A stretch of 64,000 nt of DNA from Escherichia coli (GTDB lineage Bacteria > Pseudomonadota > Gammaproteobacteria > Enterobacterales > Enterobacteriaceae), in the NCBI RefSeq assembly GCF_003334815.1, contig NZ_QOWO01000005.1. The stretch is one strand, 5' to 3'. This document shows, piece by piece, positions 13,820-27,523 of this stretch. The notes beneath the pieces are model-generated. The model ran no database searches, was not told where the DNA came from, and worked only from the letters and a program-made list of their open reading frames with translations. The stretch's first letter is position 1. Every line of letters begins with the position of its first letter. A program made the position numbers and the translations under genes.

Positions 13820-14290
13820 ATGACCGAAATACAACGCCTGCTGACCGAAACGATTGAGTCTCTGAATACCCGCGAAAAACGCGACAACAAACCCCGCTTT
13901 AGTATCAGTTTTATCCGTAAACATCCGGGGCTGTTTATCGGTATGTACGTTGCTTTTTTTGCCACCCTGGCGGTGATGTTGCAGTCCGAAACGCTGTCAG
14001 GCTCTGTCTGGCTACTGGTTGTATTATTTATCCTGCTTAATGGTTTCTTCTTTTTCGATGTCTACCCACGCTACCGCTATGAAGATATCGACGTGCTGGA
14101 TTTCCGCGTTTGCTATAACGGCGAATGGTACAACACGCGCTTTGTACCTGCCGCGCTGGTTGAAGCCATCTTGAACTCTCCGCGTGTCGCGGATGTTCAT
14201 AAGGAACAACTGCAAAAAATGATCGTCCGTAAAGGTGAACTGTCTTTTTACGATATTTTTACCCTCGCTCGCGCCGAATCAACATCTTAA
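13820..14290 (+). CDS. ylaC: inner-membrane protein of unknown function
   Basis: ORF 13781..14290 (GTG-initiated in track); trimmed to ATG at 13820 ([10 protein letters not shown]...), 156 aa, two predicted TM segments. Confidence 0.85.
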
Positions 14291-14447
14291 GTTAGGGTTA
14301 CATACCAGGCGTAAAGCTCTGCGCCTGGTCAAATGACAATGATCGTTTCCACCCATCACTTCATGAAATACCAGCTCTACCTCCTTATCTCCAGCCAGCC
14401 TTTTTCCACAATCAGATATACTTTCCCTACACTGTGTTAATAAGGAT

Positions 14448-16004
14448 ATGCTGGTGAGAACACGACATCTGGTCGGCCTTATTTCGGGAGTACTGATTCT
14501 TTCAGTATTGCTGCCTGTCGGCTTAAGCATCTGGCTGGCCCATCAGCAGGTAGAAACATCGTTTATTGAAGAGCTGGATACCTATTCCTCCCGCGTCGCT
14601 ATTCGAGCCAATAAGGTGGCGACACAAGGGAAAGATGCGCTGCAGGAGCTGGAAAGATGGCAAGGCGCTGCCTGTAGCGAAGCCCATCTCATGGAAATGC
14701 GTCGGGTATCTTACAGTTATCGCTATATTCAGGAAGTGGCTTATATCGATAACAACGTTCCCCAGTGTTCGTCTCTGGAGCATGAAAGTCCGCCCGATAC
14801 CTTCCCCGAGCCAGGTAAAATTTCGAAAGATGGTTATCGTGTCTGGTTAACATCGCATAACGATTTAGGCATTATCCGTTACATGGTCGCCATGGGAACG
14901 GCACATTATGTCGTCATGATCGACCCCGCTTCCTTTATTGATGTCATTCCCTATAGCTCATGGCAAATTGATGCCGCCATTATTGGCAATGCCCATAACG
15001 TTGTCATAACCAGCAGCGATGAAATTGCTCAGGGAATTATTACCAGGCTACAAAAAACACCCGGTGAGCATATCGAAAATAATGGAATCATTTACGATAT
15101 CCTGCCCTTACCGGAGATGAATATTTCGATCATCACATGGGCTTCAACGAAAATGTTGCAGAAAGGCTGGCATCGGCAAGTCTTTATTTGGTTACCGCTC
15201 GGGTTGGTGATTGGCCTGCTGGCAGCGATGTTTGTGCTGCGTATTTTGCGCCGTATTCAGTCACCGCATCATCGGCTGCAGGATGCTATCGAAAATCGTG
15301 ATATTTGCGTGCACTATCAGCCGATTGTCTCCTTAGCCAATGGCAAAATTGTCGGTGCTGAGGCACTGGCGCGCTGGCCGCAGACAGACGGTAGTTGGTT
15401 GTCACCAGATAGTTTTATTCCGCTGGCACAGCAAACGGGCCTTTCTGAGCCATTGACGCTACTGATTATAAGAAGCGTCTTTGAAGATATGGGCGACTGG
15501 CTGCGTCAGCATCCACAGCAGCATATTTCGATCAATCTTGAATCCCCCGTGCTCACCTCGGAAAAAATCCCGCAATTGCTGCGTGACATGATCAATCACT
15601 ATCAGGTTAATCCCAGACAGATCGCGCTTGAACTCACTGAACGCGAGTTTGCCGATCCGAAAACCAGCGCCCCGATAATTTCTCGCTACCGGGAGGCGGG
15701 CCATGAAATTTATCTTGATGATTTTGGTACGGGGTATTCAAGTTTAAGTTATTTACAGGATCTGGATGTCGACATTCTGAAGATCGATAAATCTTTCGTT
15801 GATGCGCTGGAATATAAAAATGTCACGCCGCATATCATCGAAATGGCAAAAACACTGAAACTGAAAATGGTAGCGGAGGGAATCGAAACCAGTAAACAAG
15901 AAGAGTGGTTACGCCAGCATGGCGTGCACTACGGTCAGGGCTGGCTCTACAGCAAGGCATTACCGAAAGAAGATTTCTTACGCTGGGCCGAGCAACATTT
16001 GTGA
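14448..16004 (+). CDS. pdeB: c-di-GMP phosphodiesterase (EAL domain) PdeB/YlaB
   Basis: ORF 14448..16004 (+), 518 aa; N-terminal TM/periplasmic sensor region plus C-terminal EAL domain (ELTE motif). The true start may be the GTG two codons downstream (14454), which would give 516 aa. Confidence 0.9.
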   Translation: MLVRTRHLVGLISGVLILSVLLPVGLSIWLAHQQVETSFIEELDTYSSRVAIRANKVATQGKDALQELERWQGAACSEAHLMEMRRVSYSYRYIQEVAYIDNNVPQCSSLEHESPPDTFPEPGKISKDGYRVWLTSHNDLGIIRYMVAMGTAHYVVMIDPASFIDVIPYSSWQIDAAIIGNAHNVVITSSDEIAQGIITRLQKTPGEHIENNGIIYDILPLPEMNISIITWASTKMLQKGWHRQVFIWLPLGLVIGLLAAMFVLRILRRIQSPHHRLQDAIENRDICVHYQPIVSLANGKIVGAEALARWPQTDGSWLSPDSFIPLAQQTGLSEPLTLLIIRSVFEDMGDWLRQHPQQHISINLESPVLTSEKIPQLLRDMINHYQVNPRQIALELTEREFADPKTSAPIISRYREAGHEIYLDDFGTGYSSLSYLQDLDVDILKIDKSFVDALEYKNVTPHIIEMAKTLKLKMVAEGIETSKQEEWLRQHGVHYGQGWLYSKALPKEDFLRWAEQHL

Positions 16005-16045
16005 ATTTTTGGGCTGACGGCACGCCGCACAGCCCGTCACGCTAC

Positions 16046-16399
16046 CTATTCGTCGATGATTGACTCGAATCCGCCATAGATCATTCGCTTGCCGTCAAAC
16101 GGCATGGACTCGCCGAACTCTTTCATCCGTGGGTCCGACATCATCTTTTGATTAGCAGCGTCGCGGACCTCTTTTGAAGGGTATTCAATCCAGCTAAAGA
16201 CAACCTCTTCATTCTCTTCCGCTTTCACCGCCATACGAAAATCGGTCACTTTGCCATCCGGTACATCGCTGGCCCAGCATTCGACAATACGAAGCGCGCC
16301 AAACTCTTTAAACAATGGCGCAGCCTTAGCGGCCATTTCCCGATAGGCATCCTTTTTATCGGCAGGAACGGCAACCACAAAACCATCAACATACTTCAT
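16046..16399 (-). CDS. ybaA: DUF1428-family protein
   Basis: ORF 16046..16399 (-), 117 aa. Confidence 0.88.
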   Translation of the reverse strand: MKYVDGFVVAVPADKKDAYREMAAKAAPLFKEFGALRIVECWASDVPDGKVTDFRMAVKAEENEEVVFSWIEYPSKEVRDAANQKMMSDPRMKEFGESMPFDGKRMIYGGFESIIDE

Positions 16400-16509
16400 C
16401 AGACATACCTCCGAAGCGTACTGCGCAGCCAGACAATTCTTGCGACGTCAGTTGTGGTTAAAGTTTAGCCATGTTGGGATTTTTTGACGAAACGGTGGGA
16501 GGCAGAAAT

Positions 16510-16623
16510 GGGTGGGGGCCCTGCCAGCTACATCCCGGCACACGCGTCATCTGCCTTGGCTGCTTCCTTCCGGACCTGACCTGGTAAACAGAGTAGCGTT
16601 GCGGGAGAACCAACAGAGCCCCC
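16510..16623 (-). ncRNA. ffs: 4.5S RNA (signal recognition particle RNA)
   Basis: Reverse complement reads GGGGGCTCTGTTGGTTCTCCCGCAACGCTACTCTGTTTACCAGGTCAGGTCCGGAAGGAAGCAGCCAAGGCAGATGACGCGTGTGCCGGGATGTAGCTGGCAGGGCCCCCACCC, 114 nt, matching recalled ffs including the conserved domain IV region. Confidence 0.95.
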
Positions 16624-16699
16624 ATTGAGAGCGTTGAGAACCAACGCGCAGGCGCATTATCACTGCTGCCCCGGCTAATTGCAACCCATCGCGTGCCAG

Positions 16700-17089
16700 A
16701 TGCTGGTTTCTTGCGCAATGCGACTTCACTCGGGCGTTTTTCCAGATTATGCTGAAAAATTACCTCAGGAAGAAAAGATGGAAAAAGAAGATTCATTTCC
16801 CCAACGCGTCTGGCAAATCGTCGCCGCTATTCCCGAAGGCTATGTCACCACTTACGGTGATGTGGCGAAACTGGCGGGATCGCCCCGCGCCGCGCGCCAG
16901 GTGGGCGGTGTGTTAAAGCGTCTCCCTGAAGGCAGCACCTTACCCTGGCACCGGGTGGTTAATCGCCACGGCACAATTTCGCTAACCGGACCGGATTTAC
17001 AGCGTCAGCGACAGGCATTACTGGCAGAAGGTGTGATGGTATCGGGAAGCGGGCAAATCGACTTGCAGCGTTATCGCTGGAACTACTAA
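16700..17089 (+). CDS. atl: DNA base-flipping protein, alkyltransferase-like (Atl/YbaZ)
   Basis: ORF 16679..17089 (+); trimmed to MLVSCAMRL..., 129 aa; start is ambiguous, with an alternative Met at 16778 (MEKEDSF...). Confidence 0.85.
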   Translation: MLVSCAMRLHSGVFPDYAEKLPQEEKMEKEDSFPQRVWQIVAAIPEGYVTTYGDVAKLAGSPRAARQVGGVLKRLPEGSTLPWHRVVNRHGTISLTGPDLQRQRQALLAEGVMVSGSGQIDLQRYRWNY

Positions 17090-17119
17090 CCCTCTCCGGG
17101 CGGAGAGGGTTAACGTCGC

Positions 17120-17692
17120 TTAATATTGCGTAGGAGCTGGAACTGCCGAAGACGGATTCACCTGAGTTGGTGAAGTCGAAGGTACGGTAGTCGTTGCGCC
17201 ACCGCTGGCCTGAACCGGCACGGCGGTTTGCTGTACCGGCACCAATGTCAGGTCGGCTTTAGTTCCGCCCTGGTTGATCACCGGCTGAACGGTATCGGTG
17301 ATAAATACCAGTTTGTCATTCACGGTAATCGCCGCACTCAACAGAATACGCGCGTTCGGCTGAACATCTGCCGGGTTAAATGGCAGAACAAAGCTGAATG
17401 GTGACTGTTTACCTTCAGTACGCACCGCTTTCTGCGCCAGCACTTTTGACGGTGCATCGGCTAACGACGCGTCAGAAAGTGTCACGGTCAGCACAGCATC
17501 AGGCGGCAGTGCGACTTTCTGACGGATCCAGACGGTACCGGAGACATTCGGTTGCTGGATAGCTGGTTGTTGTGTTGCTGAAATAGACGTATTTGCAGCC
17601 GGTGCTGGCGTCTGAATATCCGCGCTTTTATCTGCGCAAGCCGCCAACGCAATCGCAACCGCTAAACCACTGGCCATGTGCACGAGTTTCAT
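17120..17692 (-). CDS. ybaY: outer-membrane lipoprotein of unknown function
   Basis: ORF 17120..17692 (-), 190 aa; signal peptide with lipobox LAAC, Pro/Ala/Thr-rich linker. Confidence 0.88.
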   Translation of the reverse strand: MKLVHMASGLAVAIALAACADKSADIQTPAPAANTSISATQQPAIQQPNVSGTVWIRQKVALPPDAVLTVTLSDASLADAPSKVLAQKAVRTEGKQSPFSFVLPFNPADVQPNARILLSAAITVNDKLVFITDTVQPVINQGGTKADLTLVPVQQTAVPVQASGGATTTVPSTSPTQVNPSSAVPAPTQY

Positions 17693-17909
17693 TCATTTCT
17701 CCTTATTATCAATGCACCAGCGGGCTAACTTTCCTCGCCGGAAGAGTGGTTAACAAAATAGTAACGTCAACAAGTGTGGCACACATCACGCATTTCTGCC
17801 TGTAATTAGCCCGTAATTCAGACCATTGCACCCATCGGACCAGTAGCAAATTTGCGTTATACTCAACTCACTTTGGCTTGCTGCGGCAGCTTTGTTACTG
17901 GAGAGTTAT

Positions 17910-18770
17910 ATGAGTCAGGCGCTAAAAAATTTACTGACATTGTTAAATCTGGAAAAAATTGAGGAAGGACTCTTTCGCGGCCAGAGTGAAGATTTAGGTT
18001 TACGCCAGGTGTTTGGCGGCCAGGTCGTGGGTCAGGCCTTGTATGCTGCAAAAGAGACCGTCCCTGAAGAGCGGCTGGTACATTCGTTTCACAGCTACTT
18101 TCTTCGCCCTGGCGATAGTAAGAAGCCGATTATTTATGATGTCGAAACGCTGCGTGACGGTAACAGCTTCAGCGCCCGCCGGGTTGCTGCTATTCAAAAC
18201 GGCAAACCGATTTTTTATATGACTGCCTCTTTCCAGGCACCAGAAGCGGGTTTCGAACATCAAAAAACAATGCCGTCCGCGCCAGCGCCTGATGGCCTAC
18301 CTTCGGAAACGCAAATCGCCCAATCGCTGGCGCACCTGCTGCCGCCAGTGCTGAAAGATAAATTCATCTGCGATCGTCCGCTGGAAGTCCGTCCGGTGGA
18401 GTTTCATAACCCACTGAAAGGTCACGTCGCAGAACCACATCGTCAGGTGTGGATCCGCGCAAATGGTAGCGTGCCGGATGACCTGCGCGTTCATCAGTAT
18501 CTGCTCGGTTACGCTTCTGATCTTAACTTCCTGCCGGTAGCTCTACAGCCGCACGGCATCGGTTTTCTCGAACCGGGGATTCAGATTGCCACCATTGACC
18601 ATTCCATGTGGTTCCATCGCCCGTTTAATTTGAATGAATGGCTGCTGTATAGCGTGGAGAGCACCTCGGCGTCCAGCGCACGTGGCTTTGTGCGCGGTGA
18701 GTTTTATACCCAAGACGGCGTACTGGTTGCCTCGACCGTTCAGGAAGGGGTGATGCGTAATCACAATTAA
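17910..18770 (+). CDS. tesB: acyl-CoA thioesterase II
   Basis: ORF 17892..18770 (+); trimmed to [24 protein letters not shown], 286 aa. Confidence 0.95.
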
Positions 18771-18776
18771 AAAAAT

Positions 18777-18809
18777 AGCCGGAGGTGAAAACCGTCCGGC
18801 TGTTTTTTG
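18777..18809. terminator. bidirectional rho-independent terminator between convergent tesB and amtB
   Basis: Stem agccgga / tccggct flanked by an A-run upstream and T-run downstream, so the hairpin is followed by a U-run on both strands. Confidence 0.7.
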
Positions 18810-18818
18810 CAGTGCTTG

Positions 18819-20105
18819 TTACGCGTTATAGGCATTCTCGCCGTGGCTGTTGACATCCAGCCCTTCTCGCTCCTGCTCTTCCGGTACACGCAGACCAACC
18901 GTCAGATCCGCCAATTTGTAGCCGATAAATGCCACAACACCGGACCAGACGATCGTAATGGCGATGCTTTCCAGCTGTACCAGCAACTGATGGCCCATCG
19001 TCACACCTTCAGCGAAGCCCACGCCGCCCAGCGAGCTGGCGGCAAAAATCCCGGTCATGATACAGCCGACAATGCCACAAACGCCGTGCACACCGAAGAC
19101 ATCGCAGGGATCATCCACCCGCAGCAAGCGTTTGAGCATGGTAACGCCCCACAAGCCCGCCAGACCAGCTACCACGCCGATAATCAACGCGCCGCCAACC
19201 CCAATGTAGCCGCAGGCTGGCGTCACGCCGACCAGACCGGCAATCGCGCCAGAACACGCCCCCAGCAGTGAAGGCTTACCACGCAGCGCCCATTCACCGA
19301 AGATCCAGCCAAGAATTGCCGCCGCCGTTGCGACCACAGTATTCACAAATGCCAGTGCCGCGATTTCATTCGCCGTGCCCGCTGACCCGGCGTTAAAGCC
19401 AAACCAACCGATATAGAGAATGGCAGTCCCGGTGAAGACCATCGGCAGGTTGTGCGGTTTAAACGCCTCTTTACCGAAGCCCACGCGTTTTCCTATCAGA
19501 TACGCGCCCACCAGACCGGCGATTGCGGCGTTAATGTGCACCACGGTGCCACCCGCGAAATCCAGCGCACCGTGAGAAGCCAGCAAACCACCGCCCCACA
19601 CCATATGCGCAATCGGAATGTAAGAGAGCGTCAGCCATACCACCACGAAAATCAACACAGCTGAGAAGCGGATTCGTTCCGCCAGCGCCCCAACTATCAA
19701 GCCGACGGTAATGCAGGCAAACGATCCCTGAAACGCCACGTGGATATACTGATAAATGCTGCCCATCACCGCCGTCAGTTCGATGTTTTTCAGCATCAAC
19801 CAGTTAATGTTGCCGAAGAAGTTGTTGCCCTCACCAAACGCCAGCGAGTAACCGTAAACCACCCAGAGAATACAGACCAGTGCAAATGTCACCGTCACCT
19901 GCGTCAGCATCGACAGCACGTTTTTGCCGCGAATCAACCCACCGTAAAACAGGGCAATCCCCGGAATAGTCATAAACAGCACCAGCGCAGTACAAATCAT
20001 CATAAACGCATTGTCGGCTTTATCGGCCACCGCAGGTGCAGCCATTACCAGTCCCGGAAGCATCGCCAGTGAAGCAAGCCCAGTTTTTATCGTCGCTATC
20101 TTCAT
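18819..20105 (-). CDS. amtB: ammonium transporter
   Basis: ORF 18819..20105 (-), 428 aa; signal peptide plus 11 TM helices typical of Amt. Confidence 0.96.
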   Translation of the reverse strand: MKIATIKTGLASLAMLPGLVMAAPAVADKADNAFMMICTALVLFMTIPGIALFYGGLIRGKNVLSMLTQVTVTFALVCILWVVYGYSLAFGEGNNFFGNINWLMLKNIELTAVMGSIYQYIHVAFQGSFACITVGLIVGALAERIRFSAVLIFVVVWLTLSYIPIAHMVWGGGLLASHGALDFAGGTVVHINAAIAGLVGAYLIGKRVGFGKEAFKPHNLPMVFTGTAILYIGWFGFNAGSAGTANEIAALAFVNTVVATAAAILGWIFGEWALRGKPSLLGACSGAIAGLVGVTPACGYIGVGGALIIGVVAGLAGLWGVTMLKRLLRVDDPCDVFGVHGVCGIVGCIMTGIFAASSLGGVGFAEGVTMGHQLLVQLESIAITIVWSGVVAFIGYKLADLTVGLRVPEEQEREGLDVNSHGENAYNA

Positions 20106-20134
20106 TTTTCGTTCCTGTTGCTGTGTGCCAGAGA

Positions 20135-20473
20135 TTACAGCGCCGCTTCGTCGGCTTCGCCGGTACGAATACGAATGACGCGTTGCAATTCAGCGACGAA
20201 GATTTTGCCGTCGCCAATTTTTCCGGTGTAAGCCGCCTTACTGACGATATCGATCACTTCATCGAGTTGGTCATCAGCAATCGCCACATCAATTTTTACT
20301 TTTGGCAGGAAATTGACGCTGTATTCCGCCCCCCGGTACAGCTCGGCATGCCCTTTCTGACGCCCGAAACCTTTCACTTCGGTGACGGTCAGGCCCTGAA
20401 TACCAATGGAAGATAACGCTTCACGAACGTCTTCCAGCTTGAATGGTTTGATTATCACGGTCACCAGCTTCAT
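20135..20473 (-). CDS. glnK: PII nitrogen regulatory protein GlnK
   Basis: ORF 20135..20611 (-); trimmed to MKLVTVIIKPFKLEDVREAL..., 112 aa; T-loop RGAEY present. Confidence 0.95.
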   Translation of the reverse strand: MKLVTVIIKPFKLEDVREALSSIGIQGLTVTEVKGFGRQKGHAELYRGAEYSVNFLPKVKIDVAIADDQLDEVIDIVSKAAYTGKIGDGKIFVAELQRVIRIRTGEADEAAL

Positions 20474-20525
20474 AGATCCCCTCCGGTCAGAATTCGGTAA
20501 TGGTTCTGCTACACGAAGAAGGTAT

Positions 20526-20541
20526 TGCAAGCGGTGTGCCA
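20526..20541 (-). promoter_or_regulatory. sigma54 (-24/-12) promoter for glnK-amtB
   Basis: Minus strand reads TGGCAC-accgc-TTGCA, matching the sigma54 consensus; lies about 50 bp upstream of the glnK start. Confidence 0.8.
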
Positions 20542-20593
20542 GAAATGAAAAACGAGAAAGAGAGCAGGAAGTTAAGAAGTTTGAAAATGAAAA

Positions 20594-20610
20594 CGCACTA
20601 TGACAGTGCA
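20594..20610. promoter_or_regulatory. candidate NtrC enhancer dyad upstream of the glnK promoter
   Basis: cGCACtatgacaGTGCa (GCAC-N7-GTGC) resembles the NtrC consensus TGCACCA-N3-TGGTGCA; about 60 bp upstream of the -24 element. Confidence 0.5.
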
Positions 20611-20653
20611 CAGTGCGTTACATTTTTGCACCAACGATGAAATATTGCGCTAT

Positions 20654-24200
<3,547 letters not shown>

Positions 24201-24229
24201 GCGTTGTGTCCTGACCTGATTCTGGATAT

Positions 24230-24688
24230 TTATTCGATGGGTAAAGAAGTGGTGTATTTAATCTGTTCCATCGCGAAGCTGGAAGTGACGTCCGACAGCC
24301 CCGGCACGCTGTTTACCAGACGCTTATAAAACTCGTCGTAGCGTTTCATGTCGGCAACCTGGACGCGCATCAGATAATCGTATTCACCAGCCATGCGCCA
24401 GAACCCCAGCACTTCTGGCATTTCGGTAACCACCGTGACAAAGCGGCAATACCATTCGCTGCTGTGATGTTGCGTTTTTATCAGCACAAAAGCGGTCAGG
24501 CCGAGGCCTATTTTTTCCGGATCCAGCAGGGCGACTTTGCCGATAAGGATACCGTCGTCCTCCAGCCGTTTCAGGCGCTTCCAGCAAGGGGTGGTTGTCA
24601 GATTAACGGCTTCAGCCAGTGCCTGCAAAGAGAGGGTGCAATCCTGCTGCAGTAAGGCCAGCAGCTTACGGTCAATTTTATCTAACAT
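24230..24688 (-). CDS. decR: Lrp/AsnC-family transcriptional regulator DecR (YbaO)
   Basis: ORF 24230..24916 (-); trimmed to [16 protein letters not shown]..., 152 aa. Confidence 0.88.
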
Positions 24689-24840
24689 AGCCCTTCCACA
24701 GAGAATTTTTTTCTCTTTTAATTTTATTTTAAAGGTGAAATCACGACAATTTATTCTGTGCGGTTTAAACACCACGGCACAAAATGACAAATTCAACGCA
24801 AAAAAAACCGGGCAATTGCCCGGTGCTGGAAGGGATCTCG

Positions 24841-25659
24841 TTATTCGGGGGAATAAGGTAGATGTGGATAGTCCAGCCAGTGCGTCAAATAGTGAGAGAC
24901 AGCCTGATTTCGGCAATGTCCAATCACCGGTAAATGCGGGAGCTCCGCGCGCAGTTGCGGCATCGCATTGCCCATAATAAATCCGCTACCGACGCTGACT
25001 AACATTTCGCGATCGTTCATCGCATCACCAAAGGCCATGCAATCGCGCAACGATAAACCTAAATGTTGGGTCAGCACCGTCAATGCAGCGCCTTTATTGC
25101 AGCCCACCGGCAGCACTTCGAGGCAATCCGTGGCGGAAAAACACAAATGTGCACGCTCGCCTAATGCTTCGTATAGCTGGATCTGCAAGCGTGTAAGATC
25201 GTCGTGATCGCCACAGAAGCAGATCTTGGTGACGCTGCCGAGTGGCATTTTTTTGACATCGATTATCTGATAACGAAAACCGCTATAGACAAATGCCTGC
25301 AACAACGCAGGGATCTCTTTCCCGGTAAACCAACCGTCGTCATTGAAGATATGCATGCTGGCTCGGGTATCCCATTGCTGATACAGCACCAGCTCCGCGA
25401 CATCCGCAGGTAAATCATCACGATGTAAAAGTTCACCTTCCAGAGAATGCACGCGCGTTCCGTTGCCGGTAATCAAATACGCATCCAGCGATAGCGCCCC
25501 GAGAATATGCTGCATCTCCAGCGCATGACACCCCGTGGCAAAAGTGAGGGTAATGTCGCGTTCACGCAGTCGCGCCAAAGTAGAGAGGGTTTTCTCACCT
25601 AAATGATGGTCAGGCATCAATAAAGTGCCATCCATATCAAATGCTGCCAGACGAGCCAT
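24841..25659 (-). CDS. cof: HAD-superfamily phosphatase Cof (HMP-PP phosphatase)
   Basis: ORF 24841..25671 (-); trimmed to [14 protein letters not shown] (HAD motif I DxDGT), 272 aa. Confidence 0.9.
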
Positions 25660-25758
25660 TTCTTTCTCCACTCTGTGACACGGTTAATGGTGATTGAGTA
25701 TCACCTGATATATACGGAAGTAATAGTGAATAGTTAAATAATATTGTTCCGGGTTTAT

Positions 25759-27459
25759 ATGCGATTGCTCAACCGTCTTAACCAGTATCAACGTCTGTGG
25801 CAACCTTCCGCCGGAAAGCCGCAAACCGTCACCGTCAGCGAACTGGCCGAACGCTGTTTTTGCAGCGAACGCCATGTTCGTACGCTGTTGCGTCAGGCAC
25901 AGGAGGCGGGATGGCTGGAGTGGCAGGCGCAGTCAGGACGCGGAAAGCGCGGACAATTACGCTTTCTGGTCACGCCGGAATCGCTACGCAATGCGATGAT
26001 GGAACAGGCACTGGAAACCGGAAAGCAGCAAGATGTGCTGGAGCTGGCGCAACTGGCCCCAGGTGAGCTGCGCACTCTGTTACAGCCGTTTATGGGCGGA
26101 CAATGGCAAAACGATACACCCACGTTGCGTATTCCCTACTATCGCCCGCTCGAACCGCTACAACCAGGCTTTTTGCCCGGCCGTGCCGAGCAGCATCTCG
26201 CCGGGCAGATATTTTCCGGCCTGACCCGCTTCGATAATAATACTCAGCGCCCGATTGGCGATTTAGCGCATCACTGGGAAACCTCTACTGACGGGTTACG
26301 CTGGGACTTTTATCTTCGTTCAACCCTACACTGGCATAACGGCGATGCAGTAAAAGCCTCACACTTACACCAGCGATTATTGATGCTGTTACAACTGCCA
26401 GCACTGGATCAATTATTTATTAGCGTGAAGCGTATTGAAGTCACCCATCCGCAGTGTCTGACCTTCTTTTTACATCGCCCTGATTACTGGCTTGCGCACC
26501 GGCTGGCGAGCTATTGCAGCCATCTGGCGCATCCGCAATTCCCACTGATCGGCACGGGTCCTTTTCGCTTAACACAATTCACAGCAGAGCTGGTGCGCCT
26601 GGAAAGCCATGATTATTACCATTTACGTCATCCGCTGCTTAAAGCGGTTGAGTACTGGATAACTCCGCCGCTTTTCGAAAAAGATTTGGGAACCAGTTGT
26701 CGGCATCCCGTGCAAATCACCATCGGCAAACCGGAGGAGCTGCAACGGGTCAGCCAGGTCAGTAGCGGCATCAGTTTAGGTTTTTGCTATTTGACGTTGC
26801 GCAAAAGTCCCCGACTCTCCCTCTGGCAGGCGCGAAAAGTGATCTCCATTATTCATCAATCCGGTTTATTACAAACGTTAGAAGTCGGAGAAAACCTGAT
26901 CACCGCCAGTCATGCATTACTGCCAGGCTGGACTATTCCGCATTGGCAGGTACCGGATGAAGTCAAACTACCGAAAACCTTGACGCTGGTTTATCACCTA
27001 CCGATAGAACTTCATACCATGGCAGAACGCCTACAGGCGACACTGGCAGCGGAAGGCTGTGAACTCACAATTATTTTTCATAACGCAAAAAACTGGGACG
27101 ACACGACCCTACAGGCACACGCAGACCTCATGATGGGCGACAGATTAATTGGCGAAGCACCGGAATATACTCTGGAGCAATGGCTGCGCTGCGATCCGCT
27201 GTGGCCACATGTTTTCGACGCTCCAGCATACGCACATCTACAATCGACACTGGATGCCGTGCAAATAATGCCTGATGAAGAAAACCGATTTAATGCCCTG
27301 AAAGCGGTTTTTAGCCAGTTAATGACAGATGCGACGCTGACGCCGCTGTTCAACTATCACTATCGCATTAGTGCCCCTCCCGGCGTGAACGGTGTGCGAC
27401 TGACACCGCGCGGCTGGTTTGAATTTACCGAAGCCTGGCTTCCCGCGCCATCGCAATGA
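25759..27459 (+). CDS. ybaE: putative regulator/solute-binding protein, SgrR-like N-terminal domain fused to SBP family 5 domain
   Basis: ORF 25744..27459 (+); trimmed to MRLLNRLNQYQRLWQ..., 566 aa. Confidence 0.85.
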   Translation: MRLLNRLNQYQRLWQPSAGKPQTVTVSELAERCFCSERHVRTLLRQAQEAGWLEWQAQSGRGKRGQLRFLVTPESLRNAMMEQALETGKQQDVLELAQLAPGELRTLLQPFMGGQWQNDTPTLRIPYYRPLEPLQPGFLPGRAEQHLAGQIFSGLTRFDNNTQRPIGDLAHHWETSTDGLRWDFYLRSTLHWHNGDAVKASHLHQRLLMLLQLPALDQLFISVKRIEVTHPQCLTFFLHRPDYWLAHRLASYCSHLAHPQFPLIGTGPFRLTQFTAELVRLESHDYYHLRHPLLKAVEYWITPPLFEKDLGTSCRHPVQITIGKPEELQRVSQVSSGISLGFCYLTLRKSPRLSLWQARKVISIIHQSGLLQTLEVGENLITASHALLPGWTIPHWQVPDEVKLPKTLTLVYHLPIELHTMAERLQATLAAEGCELTIIFHNAKNWDDTTLQAHADLMMGDRLIGEAPEYTLEQWLRCDPLWPHVFDAPAYAHLQSTLDAVQIMPDEENRFNALKAVFSQLMTDATLTPLFNYHYRISAPPGVNGVRLTPRGWFEFTEAWLPAPSQ

Positions 27460-27523
27460 ATAGCTGGTCCGGGTTAATCGCAGGCGTTACCATAACGCTT
27501 TTATTGTTCAAGCAGGATTATCT

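Noticed and set aside
16005-16045. GC-rich palindromic sequence gggctgacggcacgccgcacagcccgtc between convergent pdeB and ybaA as a bidirectional terminator.
   Set aside because: The stem is imperfect with a large loop and no clear T-tract; too uncertain to annotate.
16458-16796. 112-aa and 60-aa minus-strand ORFs (16458..16796, 16547..16729) in the ybaA-atl spacer.
   Set aside because: They overlap the ffs 4.5S RNA gene, whose sequence is unmistakable; the ORFs are artefacts.
17090-17109. Hairpin ccctctccg-gg-cggagaggg between convergent atl and ybaY as an intrinsic terminator.
   Set aside because: Perfect 9-bp stem, but no U-tract follows on either strand, so it is not a canonical rho-independent terminator; it may still act as an RNA-stabilising stem or REP-like element. 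Left unannotated.
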